A DNA stretch of 64,000 bases from Myxococcota bacterium (GCA_965247115.1 CBDFGR010000002.1:1216001-1280000), one strand, 5' to 3'. Positions 1-10,056 are shown, numbered from the stretch's first letter. The notes: generated by a model not told the origin, from the letters alone. A program made the numbers and translations.

Positions 1-800
1 TCGCGAGCTGGATCGGCGATCGGGCGGTCGTTGTGTCGTTTCCACGCCGCGACCGCAGGCATGAGGGCGAGGCGTCGCGCGATCAGGTCGATCAGGTGGC
101 CCGCTTCCGTACGCCCGCGGGCGGCACCGAGGTGCTGCGCGCGCAGCAGCTCGAGTTCCGGCTCGCGCTCGCGGAGGAAACGATCGAGTGCGGGTCCCAG
201 CGTCGCCGCAGCGGCCGGCGCGAGCCAGTAGACCTTGCGGTCCAGGGGCGGCTCGCATCGCTCGGTGAAGCCGGGGCGACGGAAGTGCGTGAGCTCGAAG
301 CTGTCCGTCACGATGGCATCCACATCGCGGCTCTCGAGCCGCCCGGGCAGCGAGAGGTTGTCAGAAACCGCGTCGATCTCGGCTTCGGGGAAACGCTGTC
401 GTGCCCAACGCTCCAGGACCCCACCCCGATTCACGGCCAGGCGGCCCGGCTTCGGATCACCGAGTACGCACGGTCCACCGCTGGCGACCGCCAAACTCAT
501 GCGCCCCACGATGGCCCGCTCGGGTCGCCACGTGACACCGCTCATGGCGACATCGAAGCGATTCGCACGCAGGTCACGAGCCAGCTCCGGCCAGCGAAAG
601 CGCCGCCACTCGATGCGCATTCCCAGCTCCGCAGACAGGAGTTCTGCCACCTCGATGTCGAAGCCTTTACCTTCGAGCGAGAAGGGCGCGTAGTCGCCGC
701 TCGTCCCGATCCGCAGTACATCGGAGTCCAACGGACAGCTGACGAGACACGCGGCTGCAAGCAGCATGCGCGCGGCAGGACGAGTGAGGAACGGGCGCAC
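1..800 (-). CDS. Exported PheC/cyclohexadienyl dehydratase-like (amino-acid SBP fold) protein fused to AroQ-gamma chorismate mutase; runs off the window's left edge
   Basis: Not in the ORF track; translated by hand from GTG at 800 (alternative ATG at 767): ..MLLAAACLVSC..VLRIGTSGDYAPFS..GFDIEVA..FDVAMSGVT..; near the window start IDLIARRLALMPAVAAWKRHNDRPIADPARE, typical of exported chorismate mutase. Confidence 0.75.
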   Translation of the reverse strand, partial: MRPFLTRPAARMLLAAACLVSCPLDSDVLRIGTSGDYAPFSLEGKGFDIEVAELLSAELGMRIEWRRFRWPELARDLRANRFDVAMSGVTWRPERAIVGRMSLAVASGGPCVLGDPKPGRLAVNRGGVLERWARQRFPEAEIDAVSDNLSLPGRLESRDVDAIVTDSFELTHFRRPGFTERCEPPLDRKVYWLAPAAAATLGPALDRFLREREPELELLRAQHLGAARGRTEAGHLIDLIARRLALMPAVAAWKRHNDRPIADPAR

Positions 801-812
801 TGGAGCCAGGCG

Positions 813-1373
813 CTAGCGTCCGGTCCGAGTGCGCTCGTGCAGGTCGAACCAGAACAGCGCCGCGATCACCAGTGCGTGGTGGATCTGTCCCTCCGCGAGC
901 AGCCGAGGGAGCTCCGAGCGCGGAACGAGCTTCACCGCGGTCTCTTCGGTGCCGGCATTCGTGATGCTGCCCACGAGGCGCGCGTCACGAGCCACGAACG
1001 AGTGGACGCGGTTTCCGAACAACGCAGGATTGGGATTCACGAAGCCGATGGGCTCGGCCGTATCCGCTGCGTAGCCCGTCTCCTCGCGCAGCTCGCGCAG
1101 CGCCGCGTCGAGGGGATCCTCCCCCGGATCGACCATGCCGCCAGGGACCTCCAGCGTGAGCTCGCGCGAGCCGTGGCGAAACTGATGGATCATCACAATC
1201 TCGTCGCGGGCGGTGAGCGGGACGATGTTCACCCAGTCTTCCGCGTCGATCCGGTAGAAGCTGTGCTCGCGGCCGGTGCGTGGAGAGCGGGCCAGCGTGC
1301 GTGCCACCCGGAACACGCGACAGTCCTGCAGGTCCTCGGTCTCGAGCAGCTCCCACGGTCGGGGCAGGCTCAT
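813..1373 (-). CDS. NUDIX hydrolase (ADP-ribose pyrophosphatase-like)
   Basis: Nudix box GGMVDPGEDPLDAALRELREETG; ATG at 1373. Confidence 0.9.
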   Translation of the reverse strand: MSLPRPWELLETEDLQDCRVFRVARTLARSPRTGREHSFYRIDAEDWVNIVPLTARDEIVMIHQFRHGSRELTLEVPGGMVDPGEDPLDAALRELREETGYAADTAEPIGFVNPNPALFGNRVHSFVARDARLVGSITNAGTEETAVKLVPRSELPRLLAEGQIHHALVIAALFWFDLHERTRTGR

Positions 1374-1571
1374 CGCTCCCCCACGTCCCCACCGCACACA
1401 CCGGCACGTGTCACGATCCGGTCGTCCTCGACCATGGCGTTGTGGCCTGCTCTGGCACTCCCGATCTCCCTGGCCAACTATACACTCCGCCTCCCTGCTC
1501 AGGCGTTGGGCAGCTCTTGCCCAGCCCGTGAGCAGGCGCCCCGCTGGACAGAGTGGAGGCGCCGTCTGCCG

Positions 1572-1588
1572 TCGGTACACGTCTTGCT
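1572..1588 (+). promoter_or_regulatory. Putative sigma-54 (-24/-12) promoter of amtB
   Basis: TCGGTACACGTCTTGCT has GG-N10-GC with TTGCT, about 50 bp upstream of an ammonium transporter. Confidence 0.5.
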
Positions 1589-1635
1589 CTCGGCTCGCAC
1601 GGGACCACTCATCGCAGGTGGTAGAGGAGGGAACC

Positions 1636-3021
1636 GTGCGCACCAAGCTCCATCTCGTAGTAGGCGGCTTCACAGCGCTCGCCATCGCTCTTTCCGCCGG
1701 CTTCGCGCTCGGCCAGGAGGGCGATCTCGCCGACATGAGCGGCTTGAACAGCGGCGACGTCGCCTGGATCCTCACCAGCTCCGCGATCGTCCTCATGATG
1801 ACGATTCCCGGCCTGGCCCTCTTCTACGGCGGGCTCGTCCGAGGCAAGAACGTGCTCTCCATCTTCATGCAGTGCTTCGTGACAGCTGCGGTCGTGAGCG
1901 TGACCTGGGTGCTGTGGGGCTACTCGATCGCCTTCGGTCCAGACGTCGGCGGGATCGCCGGGGACCTCAGCCGCTGGGCCCTGAGCGGCGTCAGCCACGT
2001 GGCCGGGCCCGACGAGAACATCCCCGAGCAGGCATTCATGGTGTTCCAACTGATGTTCGCCATCATCACGCCCGCGCTGATCGTAGGGGCCGTCGCAGAG
2101 CGCATGAAGTTCTCCGCCTTCCTGCTCTTCGTGGTGCTCTGGTCCACGTTCATCTACTCGCCCCTGGCCCACTGGGTCTGGGGTGACGGCGGCTGGCTCG
2201 CCGCGCTCGGCGCCCTCGACTTTGCGGGCGGCACCGTCGTTCACATCTCCTCCGGGACGTCGGCTCTCGTCGCAGCCATCATGCTGGGGCGGCGGCGCGG
2301 CTACGGGCGGGAGCCCATGCCCCCCCACAGCGTTCCCTTCGTGGTCATCGGAGCGGCGCTGCTCTGGGTGGGCTGGTTCGGATTCAACGCCGGAAGCGCT
2401 CTCGCGGCCGACGGAATCGCGACCATCGCCTTCGTGAACACGAACACCGCCACGGGCGCCGCGGTGCTCGGCTGGATGTTCAGCGAGTGGATCGGAAGGG
2501 GGTCTCCCACGGCGGTAGGAGCGGCATCGGGTGCCGTCGCCGGACTGGTCGCGATCACTCCCGCTGCGGGCTTCGTCACGCCCGGCGCGGCGATCATCAT
2601 CGGCGCGGTCGCTGGGTTCCTCTGCTACAACGCCTGCAACTTGAAGAGTCGGCTCGGCTACGACGACGCGCTCGACGTGGTCGGAGTCCACGGTGTTGGC
2701 GGGACCTGGGGCGCGATCGCGACCGGCCTCTTCGCCGCCGAGGCGATCGGCGGAACGTCGGGCCTGCTCGAGGGCAACGGGGGCCAGGTGGTCACGCAGC
2801 TGATCGCGGTCTTTGCAACCTACGCATTTTGCGGCGTTGGCACCTTCGTGATCCTTGGCATCGTGCGCTACACCGTGGGACTCCGCGTCCACGAGGAAGA
2901 CGAAGAGATGGGCCTCGACCTCTCCATTCACTCCGAGGCCGCCTACTCCACCATGTCGGGCGGCTCCTCCTTCGGAGAGCCGACCAGCTCGATCCAGAGC
3001 AGCGGAGCCGACGCGTCCTGA
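1636..3021 (+). CDS. amtB: Ammonium transporter (Amt family)
   Basis: PGLALFYGG, FQLMFA, DFAGGTVVH, GWFGFNAGS and DDALDVVGVHG motifs; GAGGAGG RBS before GTG. Confidence 0.95.
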   Translation: MRTKLHLVVGGFTALAIALSAGFALGQEGDLADMSGLNSGDVAWILTSSAIVLMMTIPGLALFYGGLVRGKNVLSIFMQCFVTAAVVSVTWVLWGYSIAFGPDVGGIAGDLSRWALSGVSHVAGPDENIPEQAFMVFQLMFAIITPALIVGAVAERMKFSAFLLFVVLWSTFIYSPLAHWVWGDGGWLAALGALDFAGGTVVHISSGTSALVAAIMLGRRRGYGREPMPPHSVPFVVIGAALLWVGWFGFNAGSALAADGIATIAFVNTNTATGAAVLGWMFSEWIGRGSPTAVGAASGAVAGLVAITPAAGFVTPGAAIIIGAVAGFLCYNACNLKSRLGYDDALDVVGVHGVGGTWGAIATGLFAAEAIGGTSGLLEGNGGQVVTQLIAVFATYAFCGVGTFVILGIVRYTVGLRVHEEDEEMGLDLSIHSEAAYSTMSGGSSFGEPTSSIQSSGADAS

Positions 3022-3025
3022 GGCC

Positions 3026-3412
3026 ATGGGGTTCCTTGGCATCGAGGAGATCTTTCTGCAGGTGAAAGACCTGGAGAAGGCGGTCGACTTCTACCACCAC
3101 AAGCTCGGCATCCCGCTCGACCGGCGCGACGAGGAGCGCGCCTACCTCCAGTGCGAGAGGGGTCACGTCGTGCTGCAGGTCGAGAATCACACGGGCCGAC
3201 ACCGGGGAGGCGGCCCCATGCACTTCGCCTTCACGGTCACGGAGGACACCTTCGACGTGGTTGCCGCGCGCTTCGTACCCTCCGAGTTCCGGACGCGGGG
3301 GCCGATGGAGCGTCAGGCGCCAGGGCGAGGCCGCGCACTCTTCATCTTCGACGCGGACGGCAACGAGACCGAGGTCAACACCCGCTACCTCTACGACGCC
3401 CCTCTGCGCTGA
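3026..3412 (+). CDS. VOC/glyoxalase family protein
   Basis: VKDLEKAVDFY..LG, HFAFTV, LFIFDADGNETE. Confidence 0.8.
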   Translation: MGFLGIEEIFLQVKDLEKAVDFYHHKLGIPLDRRDEERAYLQCERGHVVLQVENHTGRHRGGGPMHFAFTVTEDTFDVVAARFVPSEFRTRGPMERQAPGRGRALFIFDADGNETEVNTRYLYDAPLR

Positions 3413-3501
3413 TTCCGCGCGGAGGTCGGTTCACGCTGCCTGGCCGACAGTCCGGGGCTGGTCCTGGCAACATTGATCATGTCCTCTAGGGGTGGTACTC
3501 C

Positions 3502-3867
3502 ATGTTCTTGAGGATGCGACACCGGATCGTTGCTATGGGCGTGGCGCTCGGATTGCTAGCCGCACCCTTGATAGGGGCAGGTGGCCCGGAGTCCATGCCG
3601 TGTTGCCGTGACGCTGAGGCATCGGCGCCGTGCCCTTCGGAAGACGGGCCATGCCCCTCGATGATCCCGATGCCGTGTTGCGAAGCGGCTCCAGTCGCCC
3701 CGATGTCCGGCTTTTCGAGATCGCTAGCCGGACAACCGATTCACGTGGTTGTGAGCTTTGAGCCACTCGAGGCTGCTCAGCCCAAGGCCCCCATGTACGC
3801 GGCCCGTGCGACGGAGCTCGCCGCACGCGCGTCGCCAATGCGCCTCTCGGTCGTCCTGAGAGTCTAG
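3502..3867 (+). CDS. Small exported Cys/Met/Pro-rich protein heading the cus operon
   Basis: Signal-like N-terminus; MPCC..CP..CP..MPCC; ends PMRLSVVLRV. Confidence 0.6.
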   Translation: MFLRMRHRIVAMGVALGLLAAPLIGAGGPESMPCCRDAEASAPCPSEDGPCPSMIPMPCCEAAPVAPMSGFSRSLAGQPIHVVVSFEPLEAAQPKAPMYAARATELAARASPMRLSVVLRV

Positions 3868-3943
3868 GCGCTCGCTCTCGCAAGGAACGTGTAGCTCGCC
3901 GCAGGGGCGAGCTCGGATTCAGCGATGAGCGAGGACGTCTCAC

Positions 3944-5344
3944 ATGCATGCGGAGAATTCTTCTTCCGCAGCTTCGAGGCGTGGCGTGCAGGCGGCTACC
4001 AGCTTCGGGCTGGTGCTCACCCTGCTCACTGCGCCCGGCTGCGCGGGGACCCAGATCCATCACTACCAGAGCCTGAAGAGCGCATGGGATCGCGCCGAGA
4101 TCGCCGCCGACCGCGGAGCTCCTGCGGACGATCCCCTTGACCAGACCTCCGAGCTCGAGCGTGAAGCCCTGGTTCGCCTGGTGCTCGAGCGCAACCCGAA
4201 TATCCGAGCCGCACGCTATGCCTGGCGGGCGGCACTCGAGCGCTATCCTCAGGTGACGTCGCTCGACGACCCGATGCTCGGGATTGGCGCGGCACCTCGC
4301 TCGTTCGGATCGAGCGCAGTCGACAGCGCGCCCAAGTACGATCTAAGCCAAAGGCTTCCCTTCCCCGGAAAGCTTGCACTCCGCGGCGAGGTGGTCCTCG
4401 CCGAGGCCGAAGCAGCGGCGCAGCACCATGACTCTGTGCGCCTGCGCCTTGCGACCATGGCCTCGCTCCTGTTTGACGACTACTACCTGGTCACTCGCTC
4501 TCTCGAGATCAACGCCGAGAACGTCGCCCTCCTCGGTGAATTCCAGCGCATCGCCACCGCGCGCTACGAAGTGGGAGAAGCCTCGCAGCAGGATCCGATC
4601 CAGGCGGAGGTGGAGCTCGCGCACAGCCTCCATCGGGATGTGGTACTCGAGACGCGGCGCAAGGTTGTCTCCGAGCAGCTGAACGCACTCCTTCACCGAC
4701 GAGGAGACCGGCCGCTCCCACCTCCGCCTCGCAGGCTCAACGTCCCCGAGCCACAGTCATTTGACGCACCACTCCTTGTGACCGACGCGCTTCGAGAGCG
4801 GCCGGAGCTGCGCGCCGCAGAGGCGCGTGTTCGTGCCAGCGAGGCCACGGTGGGTGTAGCGCGACGTGAGTTCTTCCCCGACCTAACCCTCGCAGGCTCC
4901 TACAACAAGCTCTGGCAGGAGAGCGACCTCCGACCCTTCGTTGGGATCACGATCAATGTCCCGCTCCGAGTCGAGCGACGACGCGCTGCGCTCGAGGAAG
5001 CCAAGGCCCGGCTGGAGCGAGCGCGGAGCGAGCGAACGGCGCTGGAGGACGACGTGCGCTTCGGTGTACAGGCCGGCGTCGACCGACTCAGCGAAGCCCG
5101 CCACGTGATGCGACTCTTCGAAGATCGACTCGTTCCCGCCGCGCGCGATCAGGTCGAGGCCGCACGCTCCGGATTCGAGGCCGGCCGCAACAGTTTCCTC
5201 GCGTTGATCGATGCACAACGAAGCTTCCTCAACGCGGAGCTTGGCCTCGAGGAGGCGCGTACCGATCTGACCCGCCGTCGGGCTGAACTCGACCGTTCGT
5301 TGGGTCGAGTACCCAGCCTCACATGGGAAGGGACAACGCCATGA
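3944..5344 (+). CDS. TolC/CusC-family outer-membrane efflux protein
   Basis: LSQRLPFPGKL, RPEL and FFPDLTL motifs; upstream of the MFP and RND genes. Confidence 0.9.
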   Translation: MHAENSSSAASRRGVQAATSFGLVLTLLTAPGCAGTQIHHYQSLKSAWDRAEIAADRGAPADDPLDQTSELEREALVRLVLERNPNIRAARYAWRAALERYPQVTSLDDPMLGIGAAPRSFGSSAVDSAPKYDLSQRLPFPGKLALRGEVVLAEAEAAAQHHDSVRLRLATMASLLFDDYYLVTRSLEINAENVALLGEFQRIATARYEVGEASQQDPIQAEVELAHSLHRDVVLETRRKVVSEQLNALLHRRGDRPLPPPPRRLNVPEPQSFDAPLLVTDALRERPELRAAEARVRASEATVGVARREFFPDLTLAGSYNKLWQESDLRPFVGITINVPLRVERRRAALEEAKARLERARSERTALEDDVRFGVQAGVDRLSEARHVMRLFEDRLVPAARDQVEAARSGFEAGRNSFLALIDAQRSFLNAELGLEEARTDLTRRRAELDRSLGRVPSLTWEGTTP

Positions 5345-6819
5345 CGAGTCTTTCCAGGACCGTTGCGCTGCTCACATGCACAGCCCTCGCCGTGGGGTGC
5401 GGCGGTTCGCGATCGCAGCCCGTCACGGTTCGCTCGGAAGGCGTCAGGATCGAGGTCGCAGTCGACCCCGCAAGGCTTCGCGTGGGCGAGAACTCGCTGT
5501 GGATCGACCTCCAAGACGCGCAGGGCTCGCCGCTCACAGGCGCCGATCTCGACGTGCGCGTGCACATGCACGCCATGGGGGCCATGCCTGCAATGGGCGG
5601 ACCCGCCGCGGTGGCCGAGGTCGGCGAGGGCCTCTATCGCGCCAACTTCGAGCTCGACATGGGAACCACGTGGCTTGTCGAGATCGCAGCGCAGATGCCC
5701 GGAGGGCCGGTTGCGCGGGCCGAGGGGTCCGTCACCGTCGGGACGGCTGGCGTGCGGCTGGAAGGCACCTCCATGCCCACGCCCGAGCAGACCACGCTCG
5801 CGGCGAATGATACGGACGCTCGCTCGCGGGCCGAGTTCCGGATCGACCCCGGCCGCCTGCAACGCATCGGGGTGCGCACTGCCCTCGTGGAGCGAAGGGC
5901 GCTCGATACGCACGTGCGTGCGGTCGGGCGGGTCGTGGCCGAGGAGACGACACTCGAAGACGTCGCGCTCAAGGTCCGGGGCTGGGTCGGCGAGGTGCGA
6001 ATCGACGCGGTAGGCGATCCCGTAGAGAGGGGCGAGGTTCTCTTCACCGTCTACAGCCCTGAGCTTTACGCCGCCCAGGAAGAGTACCTACAGGCGCTCC
6101 GCAGCCAGGAACGCGCGCGGGGAACGACAGCTCCGGACAGGTCCGACTACCTCGTTCGCGCCGCGCGCAACCGCCTGCGCCTGTGGGACATCGCTGCATC
6201 CGATCTCGAACAGATCGAGCGAGATGGCGAGGCGCTCCAGCATCTCCCGATCCGCGCACCCGTGAGTGGCTACGTCGTCGAGAAGAACGTGTCCCGTGGC
6301 AGCGCATTCGAGCCGGGGACGCGCCTCTACCGGATCGCACCCCTCTCGCGCGTCTGGGTCGAGGCCGACATCTACGAGTTCGAGCTCTCCTCGGTCCGGA
6401 CCGGCCAGCGCGCCACAGTCACGCTCCCCTACCTGGCCGATCGCTCCTTCGAGGCGACGGTCGCCTACGTCTATCCAACCCTCAATCCAAAGACGCGAAC
6501 CGCGCGCGTCCGGCTCGAGCTCCCCAATCCGGATCTCGAGCTGCGCCCGGCCATGTACGCGAACGTGCACCTGCACGTCGAGCGAGGCGACCGGCTCGTC
6601 GTACCTCAGTCAGCAGTACTCTACGCGGGCGAACGGAGCTTCGTCTTCCTGTCACTTGGTGACGGCCACTTCCGGCCGCAGGAGATTGCGGTCGGCACGC
6701 GGAGCGGCGAGCAGGTCGAAGTGCTCTCGGGCGTCGAAAACGGCGACCGAATCGTAACCTCGGGGACCTTCCTGATCGCCTCCGAGAGCCGCTTGCGAGC
6801 GGCCATGGAGCAGTGGTGA
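5341..6819 (+). CDS. cusB: CusB-type efflux periplasmic adaptor with N-terminal YtkA/FixH-like domain
   Basis: YSPELYAAQEEY, YVYPTLNPKTRT, LRPAMY and FLIASESRL; N-terminal lipobox AVGC and HMHAMGAMPAM. Confidence 0.85.
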   Translation: MTSLSRTVALLTCTALAVGCGGSRSQPVTVRSEGVRIEVAVDPARLRVGENSLWIDLQDAQGSPLTGADLDVRVHMHAMGAMPAMGGPAAVAEVGEGLYRANFELDMGTTWLVEIAAQMPGGPVARAEGSVTVGTAGVRLEGTSMPTPEQTTLAANDTDARSRAEFRIDPGRLQRIGVRTALVERRALDTHVRAVGRVVAEETTLEDVALKVRGWVGEVRIDAVGDPVERGEVLFTVYSPELYAAQEEYLQALRSQERARGTTAPDRSDYLVRAARNRLRLWDIAASDLEQIERDGEALQHLPIRAPVSGYVVEKNVSRGSAFEPGTRLYRIAPLSRVWVEADIYEFELSSVRTGQRATVTLPYLADRSFEATVAYVYPTLNPKTRTARVRLELPNPDLELRPAMYANVHLHVERGDRLVVPQSAVLYAGERSFVFLSLGDGHFRPQEIAVGTRSGEQVEVLSGVENGDRIVTSGTFLIASESRLRAAMEQW

Positions 6820-9800
6820 TGGCCGAGCCTGACCAGCGCGGCGGATGGATCAGTCGCGTGATTGCCGCCGCCACCCGAAACCGAGGGCTCACGATCCTGG
6901 CGGTGATTGCAGCGACGGCGTGGGGTGTCTACGCGCTTCAAAACGCGCCGCTGGATGCAATCCCGGACCTGTCCGATGTGCAGGTGATCGTGTTCACGGA
7001 GTGGCCGGGCCAGAGCCCGGATCTCGTCGAGGACCAGATCACCTATCCCATCTCTGCGCGGCTTCTGGCCGCGCCCCAGGTCCGCTTCGTGCGTGGGCTC
7101 AGCTTCCTCGGCCTCTCCTTCGTCTACGCGATCTTCGAGGACGGGACCGACATCTACTGGGCGCGCAGTCGCGTGCTGGAGTATCTCTCCGGCGTCCAGA
7201 GCCAGCTTCCCGAAGGCGTAACCCCAGTCCTGGGCCCCGATGCCACCGGAGTGGGCTGGGTCTTCGAGTATGCGCTCATCGACCGCAGCGGCCAGCTCGA
7301 CCTGGCCGAGCTCCGGAGCCTCCAAGACTGGAACGTGCGCTATGCGCTCGAAAGCGTACCTGGCGTAGCCGAGGTGGCCTCGGTGGGCGGCTTCGTCCGG
7401 CAATACCAGGTCCAGATCGATCCGAACAAGCTCTCGGCATTGAACATCCCACTGCAAGACGTGATCCGGGCCGTCCGCGAGTCAAACGAAGACGCGGGTG
7501 GCCGAACGATCGAGTTCGCGGGTCACGAGTACGCGGTCCGCGGCCGCGGCTACGTGCGTCACCTCGACGATCTTCGCCGCGCGCCGCTGCGCGTCGACGC
7601 CAACGGCGCCCCTGTCTTTGTCAAAGACGTCGCCCGCGTTCAGTTCGGGCCCGACATGCGCCGGGGCCTCGCAGAGCTCGACGGCGAGGGTGAGGTGGTG
7701 GGTGGGATCGTGGTCATGCGGTACGGCGAGAACGCGCTCCGCGTGATCAACGCCGTAAAGGCGCGGCTCGAGGCCTTGCGCGCGGGGCTACCGGAGGGCG
7801 TCGAAGTGGTTATCACCTACGACCGCTCGGAGCTGATCGAAGGCTCGATCCAAACGCTCCAGCGCACGCTCTTGGAGGAGATGGCGATCGTCTCGCTCGT
7901 CATCTTCGTCTTCCTTCTTCACGTGCGAAGCGCGCTCATTCCGATCTTGACCATCCCCGTGGGAGTACTGCTCGCGTTCATTCCGATGCTGTTCCAGGGC
8001 CTCACGGCCAACATTATGTCGCTCGGCGGGATCGCCGTGGCCATCGGTGCGATGGTGGATGCGTCCATCATCCTCGTCGAGAACATCCACAAGCGCCTGG
8101 AGCAGTGGGAGCGTGACGGCCGGCCGGGCACACGGGACGCCGTTCTCCTCGGCGCGATGCAGGAGGTCGGGCCGAGCGTCTTCTTCGCCCTGCTTGTCAT
8201 CACCGTCTCTTTCCTACCGATCTTCACCCTGGAGGCGACCGAAGGCCGGCTCTTCAAGCCGCTCGCTTTCACGAAGACCTACGCCATGGGTTTCGCCGCC
8301 GTGCTCTCGGTTACGCTCACCCCTGCGCTGGCGGCGATCTTCGTCAGAGGACGCATCCGGGGGGAAGAGGACCATCCGCTCAACCGCATGCTCATTCGGA
8401 TCTATACCCCGGTGGTGCGCTTCGTCGTGCGCCGACGCTTCGCCGTCGTCATCGGAGCCGCCCTCTTGATCGTCGGCACGGTACCCATGGTATTCCGACT
8501 TGGAAGCGAGTTCATGCCGCCGCTGAACGAGGGAACGATCCTCTACATGCCGACGGCACCGCCGGGCATGTCGATCACCGAGGCGGCGGACGTGCTCCAA
8601 CGCATGGACCAGGAGCTGCTGGAGTTCCCCGAGGTGGTGCGCGTCTTCGGAAAGGCCGGCCGAGCCCGTACACCCACGGATCCCGCCCCCCTCTCGATGG
8701 TGGAGACGATCGTCGTCCTGAAGCCCCGCGCACAGTGGCGGCCCGGGCTGACGTGGGAGGGGTTGGTTCGTGAGATGGACGAGAAGCTCCGCTACCCGGG
8801 CATGCCGAATCTCTTCTGGATGCCGATACAGACGCGGACCGAGATGCTCGCAACGGGAATCCGCAGTCAGCTCGGCATCAAGGTCTTTGGAGCCGACCTG
8901 GCAACGATCGAGGCCGCTGCAACAGCGATCGAGGACGTCCTGGGGGACATCCCGGGAACCCGGAGCGCGGTCGCGGAGCGTCTAACCGGAGGCTTCTTCC
9001 TCGACTTCCACGTGAACCGTGACGAGGCGGCACGCTACGGGCTGAGCGTCCGCGACGTGAACGAGATCATCGAGACGGCGATTGGCGGGAAGAACGTCTC
9101 GTACACCGTCGAGGGGCGGGAGCGCTATCCGATCAACGTGCGCTACGCGCGAGACTTCCGGCAGGACCTGGGGGCCCTGCGACGGGTGCTCGTGGCGACG
9201 CCGACGGGTGCACAGGTGCCACTCTCGCAGCTCGCCGATCTCGAGTTCGCCATGGGGGCCCCTTTCGTCCGCAGCGAAGCCGGCCAGCTCGTGGGCTTCG
9301 TGTTCGTCGATGTCGCCGAGCGTGCAATCGTCGACTACGTTCGTGATGCCCAGCGCGCCGTCGCCGAGCAGGTGCAGCTTCCGCCAGGTACCCGCCTCGA
9401 ATGGGCGGGGCAGTTCCAGTACTTCGAGCGAGCCAAGGAGCGTCTCAAGCTCGTGGTTCCGTTGACACTGCTGCTGGTGAGTCTGCTCCTCTACTTGAAC
9501 ACGGGCTCGGCGGTCCAGACCGGAATGGTGCTGCTGGCCGTTCCCTTCTCCCTGATCGGCGCCTTCTGGCTGCTCTACTGGCTGGACTACAACATGAGCA
9601 TCGGCGTCTGGGTGGGGATCATCGCGCTGGCCGGGCTTGATGCCCAGACCGGGGTCGTGATGCTCCTCTATCTGACTCTTTCCCACTCGAAGCGCCTGAC
9701 CGAGGGGACGCTCCGAAGCTTCGCCGATCTGGAAGACGCCATCGTCGAGGGCGCAGCGTCCCGGGTGCGCCCGAAGCTCATGACCGTAGTGGCCATGACC

Positions 9801-9992
9801 GCTGGGCTCCTGCCGCTCCTGTGGAGTCAAGGCGCCGGCGCCGATGTTATGAAACGCATTGCCGCACCAATGGTGGGTGGCTTGGTCACGTCGGCCATCC
9901 TCGTGCTCGGTGTCTATCCAGCCCTCTTTGCGATCTGGAAACGACGATCGCTTCCGGACGCGGGCGCATTGAGTGACGGACCCCGTGAGTAG
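6819..9992 (+). CDS. cusA: CusA/SilA heavy-metal (Cu/Ag) RND permease
   Basis: LDAIPDLSDVQV, EFMPPLNEG, APLSMVET, RVRPKLMT and RIAAPMVGG; TGATG coupling to the upstream gene. Confidence 0.95.
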   Translation: MAEPDQRGGWISRVIAAATRNRGLTILAVIAATAWGVYALQNAPLDAIPDLSDVQVIVFTEWPGQSPDLVEDQITYPISARLLAAPQVRFVRGLSFLGLSFVYAIFEDGTDIYWARSRVLEYLSGVQSQLPEGVTPVLGPDATGVGWVFEYALIDRSGQLDLAELRSLQDWNVRYALESVPGVAEVASVGGFVRQYQVQIDPNKLSALNIPLQDVIRAVRESNEDAGGRTIEFAGHEYAVRGRGYVRHLDDLRRAPLRVDANGAPVFVKDVARVQFGPDMRRGLAELDGEGEVVGGIVVMRYGENALRVINAVKARLEALRAGLPEGVEVVITYDRSELIEGSIQTLQRTLLEEMAIVSLVIFVFLLHVRSALIPILTIPVGVLLAFIPMLFQGLTANIMSLGGIAVAIGAMVDASIILVENIHKRLEQWERDGRPGTRDAVLLGAMQEVGPSVFFALLVITVSFLPIFTLEATEGRLFKPLAFTKTYAMGFAAVLSVTLTPALAAIFVRGRIRGEEDHPLNRMLIRIYTPVVRFVVRRRFAVVIGAALLIVGTVPMVFRLGSEFMPPLNEGTILYMPTAPPGMSITEAADVLQRMDQELLEFPEVVRVFGKAGRARTPTDPAPLSMVETIVVLKPRAQWRPGLTWEGLVREMDEKLRYPGMPNLFWMPIQTRTEMLATGIRSQLGIKVFGADLATIEAAATAIEDVLGDIPGTRSAVAERLTGGFFLDFHVNRDEAARYGLSVRDVNEIIETAIGGKNVSYTVEGRERYPINVRYARDFRQDLGALRRVLVATPTGAQVPLSQLADLEFAMGAPFVRSEAGQLVGFVFVDVAERAIVDYVRDAQRAVAEQVQLPPGTRLEWAGQFQYFERAKERLKLVVPLTLLLVSLLLYLNTGSAVQTGMVLLAVPFSLIGAFWLLYWLDYNMSIGVWVGIIALAGLDAQTGVVMLLYLTLSHSKRLTEGTLRSFADLEDAIVEGAASRVRPKLMTVVAMTAGLLPLLWSQGAGADVMKRIAAPMVGGLVTSAILVLGVYPALFAIWKRRSLPDAGALSDGPRE

Positions 9993-10056
9993 ACAGCTTG
10001 TCGTCGTCGCCACCGAGGAACTTGGATTCCCGTTCGCTCAGGCTTAGACTCGCTCG

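Noticed and set aside
33..2186. 717-aa plus-strand ORF
   Set aside because: Antisense or off-frame shadow of the CDT-CM, NUDIX and amtB genes; typical of high-GC DNA.
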